This document shows, one piece after another, positions 28,101 through 39,496 of a stretch of 64,000 nucleotides of DNA. The stretch lies in the NCBI GenBank assembly GCA_963976765.1, contig CAXBME010000001.1, positions 62,001 through 126,000 on the forward strand, written 5' to 3'. The notes under the pieces are model-generated. The model saw only the letters and a list, made by a program, of their open reading frames with translations, ran no database searches and was not told the DNA's origin. The stretch comes from an uncultured Planctomycetaceae bacterium (GTDB lineage Bacteria; Planctomycetota; Planctomycetia; Planctomycetales; Planctomycetaceae). A program made the translations under genes and the position numbers. Position 1 is the stretch's first letter; the number at the start of each line of letters is the position of its first letter.

Positions 28101-29279
28101 TCAAATCGCGAAGTGTTCTTCGGCAAGCGTCACTCGCTTCAACGCTTCCTCGTCAATTGAAACGCTGAGCCCCGGTCCTGTCAGCGCCGGAGCGATTCCT
28201 CGCCGTCCCCAGGTCAGGTTTTCGTGAGTCAGCCGTTCCTTGACCAGGAACGAATCGTAGCTGCCTTCGAGGTATCGAATATCGCTCACGCTGGTCGCGA
28301 AGTGCCGACCGGCGGCGCTCAGAATACCTGTCTCGCCAACCTGGCAACCAAGCTGGTAACCAAGTCCCGCCTGATGAGCCGTCGCGGCGATTTTCAACGA
28401 GTTCAGAAAGCCGCCGCACTTCGAGATCCGAATGTTGAACAGGTCACAGGTGCCGTCCTCGATGGCGCGACGACCGTCTTCGACACTGCACAGTGACTCG
28501 TCGAGCATGATCGGTGCCGACAGATTTGAGCGAAGTGCTGCCAGGCCGGCGACCTCTTCGTGCAGGACCGGCTGCTCGATTGACGTGATGTTGAATTTTG
28601 TCAGCGGCGCGAACTTCGCTTCCAGGTTTGCACAGGTCCACGCTTCGTTGGCATCAATGCGAAGATCCATCGCCGCCCCGACCAGGCTCCGGATCCGCTG
28701 CAGCGAAACTTCGTCGTTGACGCCTTCGACTCCGACCTTCACCTTCGTCTGATGAAAACCGTGAAGCCGGATCAGGAACGATTTAATACGCTGCTTGACT
28801 GGCGAGCTGGACGTGATGACGGCGCTGTACTGCACCTTGTCCTGCTGGTTCCGAACGCCCGCCGCCGGACCGAATTTCGACGTGATTTCTGAAAACGGAA
28901 TTCCTTCCGCTCGGCAGACCGCATCGAGAATGCTGAGTTCAACAGCGCACCGAATCGAGTTCCCGAAACAGTTTCTCGGGTCTGTCTGTGGCCGAGTGAG
29001 GCTGAATTCTTCACACAACGCGATCGCGGATTCAACGTTTGAGATTTCAGCGTCCAACTGCCTGGTCAACGGCGTTGCGCGAAGCAGTTCGAATGCTGAA
29101 TCAATCGTTTCGCCGGTCACGTATTCGCGAGGAAGTCCCTCGCCCCAGCCCTGGGTACCGTCGCTCAGGACGCAACGCACGATGACAGAATCCGTCATGC
29201 GGCGAGTGTGTGACGCATGTTGAATTTTTGTCTTCAGAGGAATCTGAACGTGGGATGCAATGAGTTTGGCTATTCGCAC
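28101..29279 (-). CDS. Enolase superfamily, muconate cycloisomerase/dipeptide epimerase subgroup
   Basis: GWGE, TKVKVG (KxK), IDANE, IEQP, LDES, NIRISKCGG, GPGL motifs. Confidence 0.88.
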   Translation of the reverse strand: MRIAKLIASHVQIPLKTKIQHASHTRRMTDSVIVRCVLSDGTQGWGEGLPREYVTGETIDSAFELLRATPLTRQLDAEISNVESAIALCEEFSLTRPQTDPRNCFGNSIRCAVELSILDAVCRAEGIPFSEITSKFGPAAGVRNQQDKVQYSAVITSSSPVKQRIKSFLIRLHGFHQTKVKVGVEGVNDEVSLQRIRSLVGAAMDLRIDANEAWTCANLEAKFAPLTKFNITSIEQPVLHEEVAGLAALRSNLSAPIMLDESLCSVEDGRRAIEDGTCDLFNIRISKCGGFLNSLKIAATAHQAGLGYQLGCQVGETGILSAAGRHFATSVSDIRYLEGSYDSFLVKERLTHENLTWGRRGIAPALTGPGLSVSIDEEALKRVTLAEEHFAI

Positions 29280-29602
29280 CGGTGTCGCCCGTCAGGGTTC
29301 GAGAGTCGCGGGAAGAAATCAGAAAGGGACTCTAGTTGTCTGGCATTCTGATAACCATCACTCAGCGCAGACGTTCGCGACAGCATTAAGCGATCAGCCA
29401 GTGTCAAAGAGGCTGGCAGTAACCCGGATTCGATCGCGCGGCAGGGGGATGGCTGTGAAGCAGGTGGCAAAGAGAGTTTTTGAACGCGATGTCTGGCTCG
29501 CCGCTGTTGCCTGTTGGGCGGTGGCTATACAATCCTCAGGCTCGCGGAGACGATGAAATTCGTCTCACGAATTCCTTGATCTTCAGGTTCGGAATACTGC
29601 TC

Positions 29603-31675
29603 ATGGTTACCGGCTCGACTGGTTCGTACACCGTTCTCGCTCGACGATTCCGCCCGCAGGGTTTTGCGGACGTTGTCGGGCAGGAGCACGTCGCTCAGGC
29701 ACTGCGGAATGCAATTCTGGCCAACCGTGTGGCTCATGCTTACCTCTTTACGGGGGCTCGTGGAGTTGGCAAAACGTCGACGGCCAGGATCCTGGCCAAA
29801 GCCTTGAACTGTCCGAAGTCGGTTGACGGAAATCCCTGCAACGACTGCGAAATCTGCGACGGAATTGCCGCCGGCAACGATGTCGACGTCCTGGAAATCG
29901 ACGGTGCATCAAACCGCGGCATTGATGACATTCGGCAGCTTCGAGCGAACGTCAACGTCAAGTCGATGAGAACCCGGTACAAACTTTACATCATCGACGA
30001 AGTCCACATGCTGACGAAGGAAGCGTTCAACGCGCTTTTGAAAACGCTGGAAGAGCCGCCACCGAACGTCAAATTCGTTTTCTGCACGACTGAGCCGAAC
30101 AAGGTTCCCGACACCATTCTTTCGCGGTGTCAGCGCTTCGATTTTGGCACGATCGAGACGTCGAATATCAAAATTCGGCTCGCCCATATTGCTCAGTCGG
30201 AAGGTGTCGACGTTGACGACGAGGCTCTTGAACTGGTGGCTCGACGAGCTGCTGGTTCCATGCGCGACAGTCAGTCAATTTTCGATCAGCTCCTCGCTTT
30301 TGGTGAAGAACACATTTCCGCGGTCGACGTGCATCGCCTGCTGGGAACGGCGAGCGACGACCGGCTGATTGATATCGGGCAGGCTCTGGTAGAACGAGAT
30401 AAGGCAAAGGCGATCGACTCATTCCACACGGCCCTGGATGGCGGTGTTCAGTTGGGAGAACTCACGGACCAGTTGCTGTTTTACCTGCGGGATCTGATGA
30501 TTCTGGCATCGGAAGCGGCAAGCGTTGGGCTGCTGTCAGTGGCTCCGGTCAGCCAGGAATTGTTGCAGAAACAGGCAACTGCCTGGGGTTTGCAAAGCAT
30601 CGTCGCCGCCATGCAGGTTCTGGCCGACGCGAAGGCGAGAATGCAGCGAGTGACTTATGGTCGAGCTCTGGCTGAGCTGGCTCTCGTGCGAATTGCAATG
30701 CTCGAAGAACTGGCGGACATCGGCGAACTGATTGACAGGTTGCGAAGCAGCGAGCCAGTTTCGACGACACCAGGGGCTGCTCAGCCGGCTGCCGAAAAAA
30801 AAAATGAGTTAGCGCCGCAACATTCTGCTGCAGCGAATCCGATCGCTGGAGTCGCAGCTGAGCCAGCAGTCAGCCGTGAAGCTCCAACAAAAGAAGCGAC
30901 CAGTTCAGCAGAGTCGCCCGTCAGAATCGTCTCTGCGTCGAGTCTGCCCACCAGCTCGGATGGCAACTCGGCCAGCATGATGTCTGAGAGCGATGCTGTG
31001 GTTGACGCTGGTGAGCCGACTACCGAGGTCAGACTCGCAGTTGCTGGACCTGAGCAACCTCGTGAAATCGAAGAACCAAGTGCCGCTGAACGTGGCCGGG
31101 AAGAAATCACCAGCGACGGCAAGACTTCGGGATCTCTGACGACGGCCACAACAACGGCGCTGGCCGTTGATCATGAAACGGAAGTTTTCCAACAGACACC
31201 AGAGCCGGAGGAAGTGTCAGAGGCTGTGGTTCGTGACGTTTCCGGACCAAAGATGCAGTTTTTACCGGACAATTCGACGGAGATCTGGGCTCATGTCGTG
31301 TCGGAAATCAACGACATGTTGAAGAGTCACGTAAAAGCGGTGTCGCGTACAGCAATTGTTGCGCCAAACAAACTGGAACTCACGCTCCCCTCGAAGTACC
31401 ATTTCGGCAAGTCGTATCTTGAGAAACCGGAAGCTCAGAGTCGGCTGCAGGAAATTGTTGCTCAGCTCACAGGAGTTGAGCCTCGAATCACGGTCGTCTT
31501 GAGTGAAGTTGAAGCGGCGGACGCTCCGTCGGCATCTGCCGAGCCAGCAAATCGCCAGCAGAAGCGAGTCTTCAAACCGGAAGAAGACGAGCTTGTTTGT
31601 TCAGTGGTTGAGGTGTTCGATGCTCAGGTCGTTCGGATCAATCCGATATCCGGCGGAGCAGCGGACAGCGAGTAA
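29603..31675 (+). CDS. dnaX: DNA polymerase III subunit tau/gamma
   Basis: LARRFRP, GARGVGKTS, Cys4 zinc motif, EIDGASNRG, IIDEVHML, LKTLEEPP, ILSRC; followed by ybaB and recR. Confidence 0.97.
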   Translation: MVTGSTGSYTVLARRFRPQGFADVVGQEHVAQALRNAILANRVAHAYLFTGARGVGKTSTARILAKALNCPKSVDGNPCNDCEICDGIAAGNDVDVLEIDGASNRGIDDIRQLRANVNVKSMRTRYKLYIIDEVHMLTKEAFNALLKTLEEPPPNVKFVFCTTEPNKVPDTILSRCQRFDFGTIETSNIKIRLAHIAQSEGVDVDDEALELVARRAAGSMRDSQSIFDQLLAFGEEHISAVDVHRLLGTASDDRLIDIGQALVERDKAKAIDSFHTALDGGVQLGELTDQLLFYLRDLMILASEAASVGLLSVAPVSQELLQKQATAWGLQSIVAAMQVLADAKARMQRVTYGRALAELALVRIAMLEELADIGELIDRLRSSEPVSTTPGAAQPAAEKKNELAPQHSAAANPIAGVAAEPAVSREAPTKEATSSAESPVRIVSASSLPTSSDGNSASMMSESDAVVDAGEPTTEVRLAVAGPEQPREIEEPSAAERGREEITSDGKTSGSLTTATTTALAVDHETEVFQQTPEPEEVSEAVVRDVSGPKMQFLPDNSTEIWAHVVSEINDMLKSHVKAVSRTAIVAPNKLELTLPSKYHFGKSYLEKPEAQSRLQEIVAQLTGVEPRITVVLSEVEAADAPSASAEPANRQQKRVFKPEEDELVCSVVEVFDAQVVRINPISGGAADSE
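30794..30812 (+). other. Candidate recoding (slippage/frameshift) site in dnaX: A10 run with stops in both shifted frames
   Basis: GAA AAA AAA AAT GAG TTA G; TGA at 30805-07 and TAG at 30810-12 lie in the two alternative frames. Confidence 0.75.
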
Positions 31676-31786
31676 GAATTGTCACGAAGTCGCATGCTGA
31701 CGTCGGCCTGGCTGACGGTCTTTGGTTTCGTCGAGTCGAAATGTGGCAGCCCCGCTGCCGAATGTAAGCAAAAAGGATTATCTGAC

Positions 31787-32143
31787 ATGCTCAAGGGACT
31801 TGGCGACATTGCTTCGCTCATGAAGCAGGCCAAAGAAATGCAGGGCCGCGTGAGTGAAATTCAGGAACGTCTGGCTCTGATGAGAATTCAAGGCTCTGCT
31901 GGTGGCGGCATGGTCAAGTTCGAAGTCAACGGGAAGCAGGATGTTCTTAGTTGCACTGTCGATCCAGCGCTCTACGAAAGCGGTGACCGCGAAATGCTCG
32001 AAGAATTGACAGTTTCTGCGATGAACGACGCTCTGCACAAATCAAAACAGGCGGCCGCCGAAGCCATGCAGGAACTCACCGGCGGGCTGAGCATTCCCGG
32101 CATGGAGGGAATGATGTCAAAGTTAGGCTTGGGCCCTGGTTAG
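31787..32143 (+). CDS. ybaB: YbaB/EbfC nucleoid-associated protein
   Basis: [26 protein letters not shown]...AMNDAL; dnaX-ybaB-recR synteny. Confidence 0.95.
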   Translation: MLKGLGDIASLMKQAKEMQGRVSEIQERLALMRIQGSAGGGMVKFEVNGKQDVLSCTVDPALYESGDREMLEELTVSAMNDALHKSKQAAAEAMQELTGGLSIPGMEGMMSKLGLGPG

Positions 32144-32229
32144 GCAGTAGGTCATCGTTGTCGGCGGCAGGCGATAATTCACGATTCGCACACGCTGAGT
32201 TAAGCTCAATTTATATCGGAAAGGAAATA

Positions 32230-32850
32230 ATGGCTCGACGGAGTTCTGAGTCACATCCATTCGGTCCGGCGGTTGCCAATCTGGTCGACCAGTTTTCCAA
32301 TTTACCCGGTATCGGAAACCGAACGGCGGAGCGACTGGCTCACCACATTCTGGCGTGTCATGAAACGGAAGCGTTGGCATTGGCCGACGCGATTCGAGAA
32401 GTAAAGACGTCGATCAGGGCCTGCGATGAGTGTTTCAATTTGACCGAAACAGACATTTGCCGCATCTGTTCGTCGCGGCAGCGGAACAAGCAGGTCATCT
32501 GCATCGTCGAACAACCTCGGGACGTGATCGCGTTGGAAGCGTCCGGAATGTACGAAGGTGTTTATCATGTTTTGCGAGGGAGAATTTCGCCACTTGAGGG
32601 AATCGGCCCGGAGGACTTGACGATTGATGCGCTCGTGCGGCGTGTGCGGCGCAACGGAGTACAGGAATTGATCATGGCAACGAACCCGACGCTCGAAGGG
32701 GATGGAACGGCCCTGTTCATTTCCAATCTTCTTGCTTCTGATCCTGTTGCAATCACGCGGCTTGCTCGGGGGATAGCCTCCGGGAGTGTGCTAGAATTTG
32801 CAAACAAGGAAATGCTGGCTGACGCCATGCGTGGTCGGCAGTCATTCTGA
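32230..32850 (+). CDS. recR: Recombination mediator RecR
   Basis: [14 protein letters not shown]4 zinc finger, [28 protein letters not shown]. Confidence 0.97.
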   Translation: MARRSSESHPFGPAVANLVDQFSNLPGIGNRTAERLAHHILACHETEALALADAIREVKTSIRACDECFNLTETDICRICSSRQRNKQVICIVEQPRDVIALEASGMYEGVYHVLRGRISPLEGIGPEDLTIDALVRRVRRNGVQELIMATNPTLEGDGTALFISNLLASDPVAITRLARGIASGSVLEFANKEMLADAMRGRQSF

Positions 32851-33157
32851 TTCTTGACCTTCGTTCCATCGGATTGGCGAGTTGCAGGGCCATCTTTGAC
32901 CCTGCAACCGAGTATTGAATTAGATTGTTGAAGGCAGACAGGACGACTGCCGCGTGGCTCATGGATTGAGTGGAATTCTTTGTCGTCGTGAATGGCGTCT
33001 GCCGAAGTTCGACGGCGTTGGTGGGTACAAGCCGACTGACTCTGACGAAATTGTCGTTCAAACAGGAAGAATTGTTTTCTCGCTGAAAGCTGCCGGTACT
33101 ATCTACCGGATAGCGTCAATTCAAATTGGCGAGCGAAGGTATTCAGGACCCGCGTTA

Positions 33158-34648
<1,491 letters not shown>

Positions 34649-34752
34649 CCCTGCCTTTGAGTCCCGTTCAACTGGCTGATTGTCGACGGCAGACGCCGGT
34701 CTTCTGATCCAAATCGGTCGTCTTTCTCACCCGAATCGTCGACATCTTCGCC

Positions 34753-35367
34753 ATGATTCTGACACTGATTGGATACCGCGCTACGGGCAAATCCACGCTC
34801 GCAAAACCACTGGCCGAGCGGCTTGGATGGTCGTGGGTTGATGCCGACGTCGAACTGGAACGTCGTGCTGGTCGAACGATTCGCCAGATCTTTGATACTG
34901 ATGGCGAGTCGGAATTTCGCCGCCTCGAACGTGAAACGCTGGTCGATCTTTTGAGTCAGGAGCGGCTTGTCATTGCGGCCGGCGGCGGAGCTGTTTTGAA
35001 TCCCGACACTCGTCAGGACTTCAGGAACGCCGGACCGGTCGTCTGGTTGAAAGCTTCAGTCGACACGATCGAGCGGCGGCTTTACGGAGACGAAACGACT
35101 GCCGAGCGGCGTCCCAACTTGACATCGGCGGGCGGGCGTGACGAAATCGAACGGCTGTTGAGTCAGCGCGAACCGATTTACTCCGACACGGCAACACTGA
35201 CGATTCAGACAGACGAACCTTTTCCCGGCCAGACAGAAATCCCGACCGTTGACTACTTGGTCGACCATGTCGTTGTTGCTTTGCGGGAACGTCTGGGCGA
35301 CGCCTTGCGGACCGCTACGGAACAATCAGCCGATGATGAGTTCTCGGAGGACTCGACGTGCCTTTAA
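34753..35367 (+). CDS. aroK: Shikimate kinase
   Basis: GYRATGKST, DADVELE, GESEFRRLE, AAGGGAV, RRPNL. Confidence 0.93.
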   Translation: MILTLIGYRATGKSTLAKPLAERLGWSWVDADVELERRAGRTIRQIFDTDGESEFRRLERETLVDLLSQERLVIAAGGGAVLNPDTRQDFRNAGPVVWLKASVDTIERRLYGDETTAERRPNLTSAGGRDEIERLLSQREPIYSDTATLTIQTDEPFPGQTEIPTVDYLVDHVVVALRERLGDALRTATEQSADDEFSEDSTCL

Positions 35368-36695
35368 CCGCGTTCGGCCTTCCGATGTGGGTTTGCCTGG
35401 GATACCTGTTTGTCCTGGGGACCGTGGTCGGCAGTTTTCTTAATGTCTGTATTTATCGGATTCCGACGAAGGAACGATTCTGGGAATCTCTCTACGCTGT
35501 GATCTATCCAAAGTCACGCTGCCCGCGCTGCCGCACTGCGATTCCGCCCTGGGCGAACGTGCCGATTCTCGGATGGCTGATGTTGCGAGGCCGTTGCTTT
35601 CATTGTAAAGGTCGAATCTCACCTCGGTATCCAATGATCGAGTTCCTTAACGGCGCGTTGTGGGCTCTCGTCTACTGGATGGAAGTGCCGGCTGGATTTG
35701 GTGTTTCGATCATCGACAGTGCAGCCAACGGACCATTTGGGCCGACAGGCGATCCGACAAGCTGGTGGCTCTCGCCCGTTGCCGTAATTCACTGGCGATA
35801 TTTCTATCACATGGTGCTGGTCGAAGCGCTGCTTGTGGCGAGCTTCATCGATCTGGATCTTTGGATTATTCCTGACGGCTGCACGCTGCCGGCAATGGCT
35901 GTCGGACTGGTCGGCGGCGCCACAATTGGCCATCTCTATCTGACGCCCGTCTGGCATCAGAATATGAGGTTCGCTCGCGAGCTGAAATTCTGGCTGGACC
36001 GCTCTTCATCGGGATTGTCCGACTGGATTTTCATCAATGGGGCACTGCCCGACTGGATCGGTCAGTCACCACATCTTCACGGGCTGGCGGTGAGCCTTGC
36101 CGGATTTCTGATCGCAGGCGGAGTCGTCTGGCTCGTTCGGATCATTGGCCATTGGGCATTAGGCCGTGAGGCGATGGGTTTCGGAGATGTCGTGCTGATG
36201 GCGATGGTCGGCAGTTTTCTTGGCTGGCAGGCTGGCGTCATCATCTTCTTCATGGCTCCGATGTTTGCGCTGATGGTTGTCGGCCTGACCTTCATTTTTC
36301 GCCGACAGCGCGAGTTGCCGTTTGGGCCGTATCTCAGTCTGGCGACTCTGGTTGTCATTCTGTTCTGGAAGCAGATCTGGACGAGTGTCGAACCTGTCTT
36401 CGGCTCGGGGCCGCTGCTGATTCTGAGTGCCCTCATCATGACAGTTGCCTTTGGGATCGTCATGCGGCTGATTCGTCTTCTGTTTGAGTTTCTGGGCATC
36501 TCGTCCGACGATGACGATGGTCTTGACGACTGGAATTCGGGCGACCATCTGTTCTACTACGGCAGCGAGTCCGTCGATCCTCACCTGGGCCGCTGGCGAA
36601 ATCACGACTGGCCGGGGACAGACGCGTCGCATGGCTGGTCGCAGTACGACACCTGGCGGAACGGACCGCCGGGTATTGGGAATGGACGCTGGTAG
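35358..36695 (+). CDS. pilD: Prepilin peptidase (A24 family) with insertions and a long C-terminal tail
   Basis: GSFLNVCIYRIP, SRCPRC, RGRCFHC, ISPRYPMIE, IDLDLWIIPD, MGFGDV, LPFGPYL. Confidence 0.9.
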   Translation: MPLTAFGLPMWVCLGYLFVLGTVVGSFLNVCIYRIPTKERFWESLYAVIYPKSRCPRCRTAIPPWANVPILGWLMLRGRCFHCKGRISPRYPMIEFLNGALWALVYWMEVPAGFGVSIIDSAANGPFGPTGDPTSWWLSPVAVIHWRYFYHMVLVEALLVASFIDLDLWIIPDGCTLPAMAVGLVGGATIGHLYLTPVWHQNMRFARELKFWLDRSSSGLSDWIFINGALPDWIGQSPHLHGLAVSLAGFLIAGGVVWLVRIIGHWALGREAMGFGDVVLMAMVGSFLGWQAGVIIFFMAPMFALMVVGLTFIFRRQRELPFGPYLSLATLVVILFWKQIWTSVEPVFGSGPLLILSALIMTVAFGIVMRLIRLLFEFLGISSDDDDGLDDWNSGDHLFYYGSESVDPHLGRWRNHDWPGTDASHGWSQYDTWRNGPPGIGNGRW

Positions 36696-36781
36696 TCGGA
36701 GAGCCTGCACGTTGACGCTCCATTCGATAAAGTTCCGCAGTCAGATCAACGTCCGTGTTAAATGGGTCAGACTGGAACTTC

Positions 36782-37681
36782 ATGACGTCAAGCGAGCAGT
36801 ACCTCAAGCCGGAAGTCATCCAGACGGTTGCCCGGCTTGACCTGCGCGCCCGGTTCATCGTCGAGGGATTCTTGACGGGGCTGCATACCAGCCCGTTTCA
36901 GGGCTTCAGTGTCGAGTTCAGCGAACATCGTCGTTACACACAGGGCGACGATCCGAAAGACATCGACTGGCTCGTGTATGCAAAAACTGACCGATACTAC
37001 GTCAAGAAGTACCAGGCCGAGACCAACATCACGGGCTACCTGCTGATGGACTTGTCGGAAAGTATGGCCTACACGTATCGCCAGCAGCTTTCGAAGTTTG
37101 ATTATTCGATCTGCCTGGCAGCGGCGCTCGGTTACCTGATGATTCACCAGCAGGATCCGGTTGGGCTGGTGACGTTCGACCAGAAGATTCGCAACAGTCT
37201 GCCCGCTCGAAGCAAGCGGACACAGCTCGGCAACATGCTGTCGTTGCTTTCCCAGGCGAAGCCGCAAGGCGAGACAGAGATTGCTCAGAATCTGCGTCGA
37301 GTGGCGGCTATGATCCGGCACCGCAGTCTGCTGATGATCTTTTCAGATCTGCTGACGGATTCGGAAGAGGTCATCAACTCGTTGCGGCTGCTGCGATACG
37401 CCGGTCACGACATCATTCTGTTTCACATTCTGGACGAGGCTGAAGTGACTTTCCCGTTTGACGGCATGGTTGATCTGGAAGACCCTGAAACCGGCGACGT
37501 GGAACGAAATATCGATGCGGCTGGGATGCGAGCTGACTACATCGAAACGATGAATGAGCTTCGCGAGACTTATCGGTCAGAGTGCCGCTCGCTGGGCTGC
37601 GATTACGTGCCGCTCGACACGAGCATGAATTTTGGAACAGCCTTGCTGGAGTATCTGTCGCAGCGAAAGGCTCGCTTTTAA
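36782..37681 (+). CDS. DUF58 domain protein (vWA-like, MoxR-associated family)
   Basis: GLHTSPFQGFSVEFSEHRRYTQGDD.K.IDW, DLSESM, IFSDLL. Confidence 0.92.
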   Translation: MTSSEQYLKPEVIQTVARLDLRARFIVEGFLTGLHTSPFQGFSVEFSEHRRYTQGDDPKDIDWLVYAKTDRYYVKKYQAETNITGYLLMDLSESMAYTYRQQLSKFDYSICLAAALGYLMIHQQDPVGLVTFDQKIRNSLPARSKRTQLGNMLSLLSQAKPQGETEIAQNLRRVAAMIRHRSLLMIFSDLLTDSEEVINSLRLLRYAGHDIILFHILDEAEVTFPFDGMVDLEDPETGDVERNIDAAGMRADYIETMNELRETYRSECRSLGCDYVPLDTSMNFGTALLEYLSQRKARF

Positions 37682-37715
37682 CGTAGCGAGTGTCATCCGA
37701 ATACCTGACGGTATG

Positions 37716-37780
37716 ACCTCGGAATTTACGGATACACGGAGTACTCATTTTTGTTCCGTGTTTCCTGCGTGTTCCGTGGT
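37716..37780. repeat. Degenerate palindromic element built of about 9-bp tandem units (ACGGA.. / ..TCCGT)
   Basis: acctcggaatttacggatacacgga - spacer - ttccgtgtttcctgcgtgttccgtggt: three units facing three inverted units in an intergenic gap. Confidence 0.55.
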
Positions 37781-37805
37781 TCTTTAATTTTTGAAATGAC
37801 GAAAC

Positions 37806-38543
37806 ATGTACGGATCCTGGACGACAACTTCGATCGATGGCAAAGATGCTGACATCTTCACTCCCGATTCCCCAAAGGCGGGTCGAGCCGTCATCCATCT
37901 GCATGGCCACGGGCTCACCACGCTGAAAGACAACGAAGTCTTCAGCAAAGAACTCAACGATTACGGACTGCGAACTGTTTGTCCACACGGGCAGCGGTCT
38001 TGGTGGCTGCCGGAGATCTGTTCTGAGTTTGACGAAGAGCTGACACCGTTCGACCATGTCCGAAACAACGTCGTCGCCTGGATTGGCGAGAACTGGGATG
38101 TCCAGACTCCGAGCATTGCCTTGACTGGAATCAGCATGGGCGGCCAGGGAGTGATTCAACTGGGGTACCGGTGCGGTCGTGATTTTCCCATCATCGCTGC
38201 GATTTCACCAGCGATTGATTTTCACGAATGGTGGGGGCAGGGGCTGCCGCTGGACGAGATGTTTGAGAGTCAGGAACTGGCTCGCCAGCAGACGGCAATC
38301 CTGCATCTTCAACCACTGAACTGGCCGAGGCACCAGCTCATCGTTTGCGATCCTGGTGACGCCGACTGGATCCACAGCTCCGAACGACTGGCCAGCAAAC
38401 TCTACTCCAGTGGGATCCCTTTCGAGTCAGACTTCGAAACCAGCAACGGCGGTCACTCGTGGGGCTACTTCAACGTCATGGCTCCGCGAGTTGTGAAATT
38501 TGTGGCCGAAGCACTCGACAGTGAGTCCATGAGGATCGTCTAA
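37806..38543 (+). CDS. Alpha/beta hydrolase (esterase family)
   Basis: HLHGHG, nucleophile elbow GISMGG, GGHSWGYF. Confidence 0.88.
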   Translation: MYGSWTTTSIDGKDADIFTPDSPKAGRAVIHLHGHGLTTLKDNEVFSKELNDYGLRTVCPHGQRSWWLPEICSEFDEELTPFDHVRNNVVAWIGENWDVQTPSIALTGISMGGQGVIQLGYRCGRDFPIIAAISPAIDFHEWWGQGLPLDEMFESQELARQQTAILHLQPLNWPRHQLIVCDPGDADWIHSSERLASKLYSSGIPFESDFETSNGGHSWGYFNVMAPRVVKFVAEALDSESMRIV

Positions 38544-38696
38544 AGCACTTTCAGGATTCGTTTTCAGTGCTCTGCAGGATGGCCACAATGGAAACTATGG
38601 CTATTCCAGGTGCCAGCTCCTGCCCGGAAACCATGAGAATGGTCTAAGTGTCGGTTTTATTGATCGAGCCAGACCAAATTGATTGGAAAGACTGAG

Positions 38697-39362
38697 ATGC
38701 CTACCGACTACAAAGCAGTGATCTTCGACCTTGATGGCACGCTGCTCGACACACTGGCGGACATTGGTAATGCGGCAAACGATGTACTTGCCGAACGCGG
38801 GAGTCCGATTCACGACCTGGAAGCGTACCGGCATTTCATCGGCGACGGTGTCGCGACTTTGTTTCAGAGGATCCTTCCTCAAGGAGTGCCGACTCCTGAA
38901 TTGATCACCAAGTGTGTTTCGGAATTCTCCGTTTCGTACGGTCGACGATGGAACGAGAACTCGCAGCTCTATCCGGGCATTACCGCGCTGCTCGACGATC
39001 TGGTGCGTCGAAATATTCCGATCGCGATTCTGTCAAACAAGCCACACGATTTTGTTGGAGTGTGCGTGTCAGAATTCCTGTCAGCGTGGCCCTTTGATCC
39101 CATTCTCGGTCAGCGGGAAGGTATTCCGCGAAAGCCTGATCCCGCGGGTGTCATCGAGGTCGCAGCGGCTCTCGGAGTGTCGCCCGAAGAGTGCATTTAC
39201 GTTGGAGACTCGAGCGTCGACATGCTGACCGCCAGAAATTCAGGAGCGAAGGCTGTTGGAGTTGCCTGGGGCTTTCGCCCTGTCGACGAACTCGTCGAAT
39301 ACGGAGCCGACCAGATTCTTGATTCGCCGCAGCAACTGCTGGATTTGCTCAAGAACCCATGA
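38697..39362 (+). CDS. HAD-superfamily hydrolase (phosphoglycolate phosphatase-like)
   Basis: FDLDGTLLDT, LSNK, KPDP, YVGDSSVDM. Confidence 0.93.
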   Translation: MPTDYKAVIFDLDGTLLDTLADIGNAANDVLAERGSPIHDLEAYRHFIGDGVATLFQRILPQGVPTPELITKCVSEFSVSYGRRWNENSQLYPGITALLDDLVRRNIPIAILSNKPHDFVGVCVSEFLSAWPFDPILGQREGIPRKPDPAGVIEVAAALGVSPEECIYVGDSSVDMLTARNSGAKAVGVAWGFRPVDELVEYGADQILDSPQQLLDLLKNP

Positions 39363-39496
39363 TGAGCCGCTATATTTATCACGGCTGTGATTTTTCAATT
39401 GGCATGAACAGGCTGTGTCAAAATAAAAGCCACGAAGAAGTGACGATGTTCTTCGCGGCCTCATGGAGTATGCGGATTCGCAGCTTGCAGAGTTTG

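Noticed and set aside
29280..29602. SRP RNA (ffs) or tRNA upstream of dnaX
   Set aside because: No SRP helix-8 motif (CAGG..GGAA..AGCAG) and no cloverleaf recognisable.
36782..37681. MoxR/vWA chaperone operon
   Set aside because: Only DUF58 is present; scattered DUF58 paralogs are common in planctomycetes.
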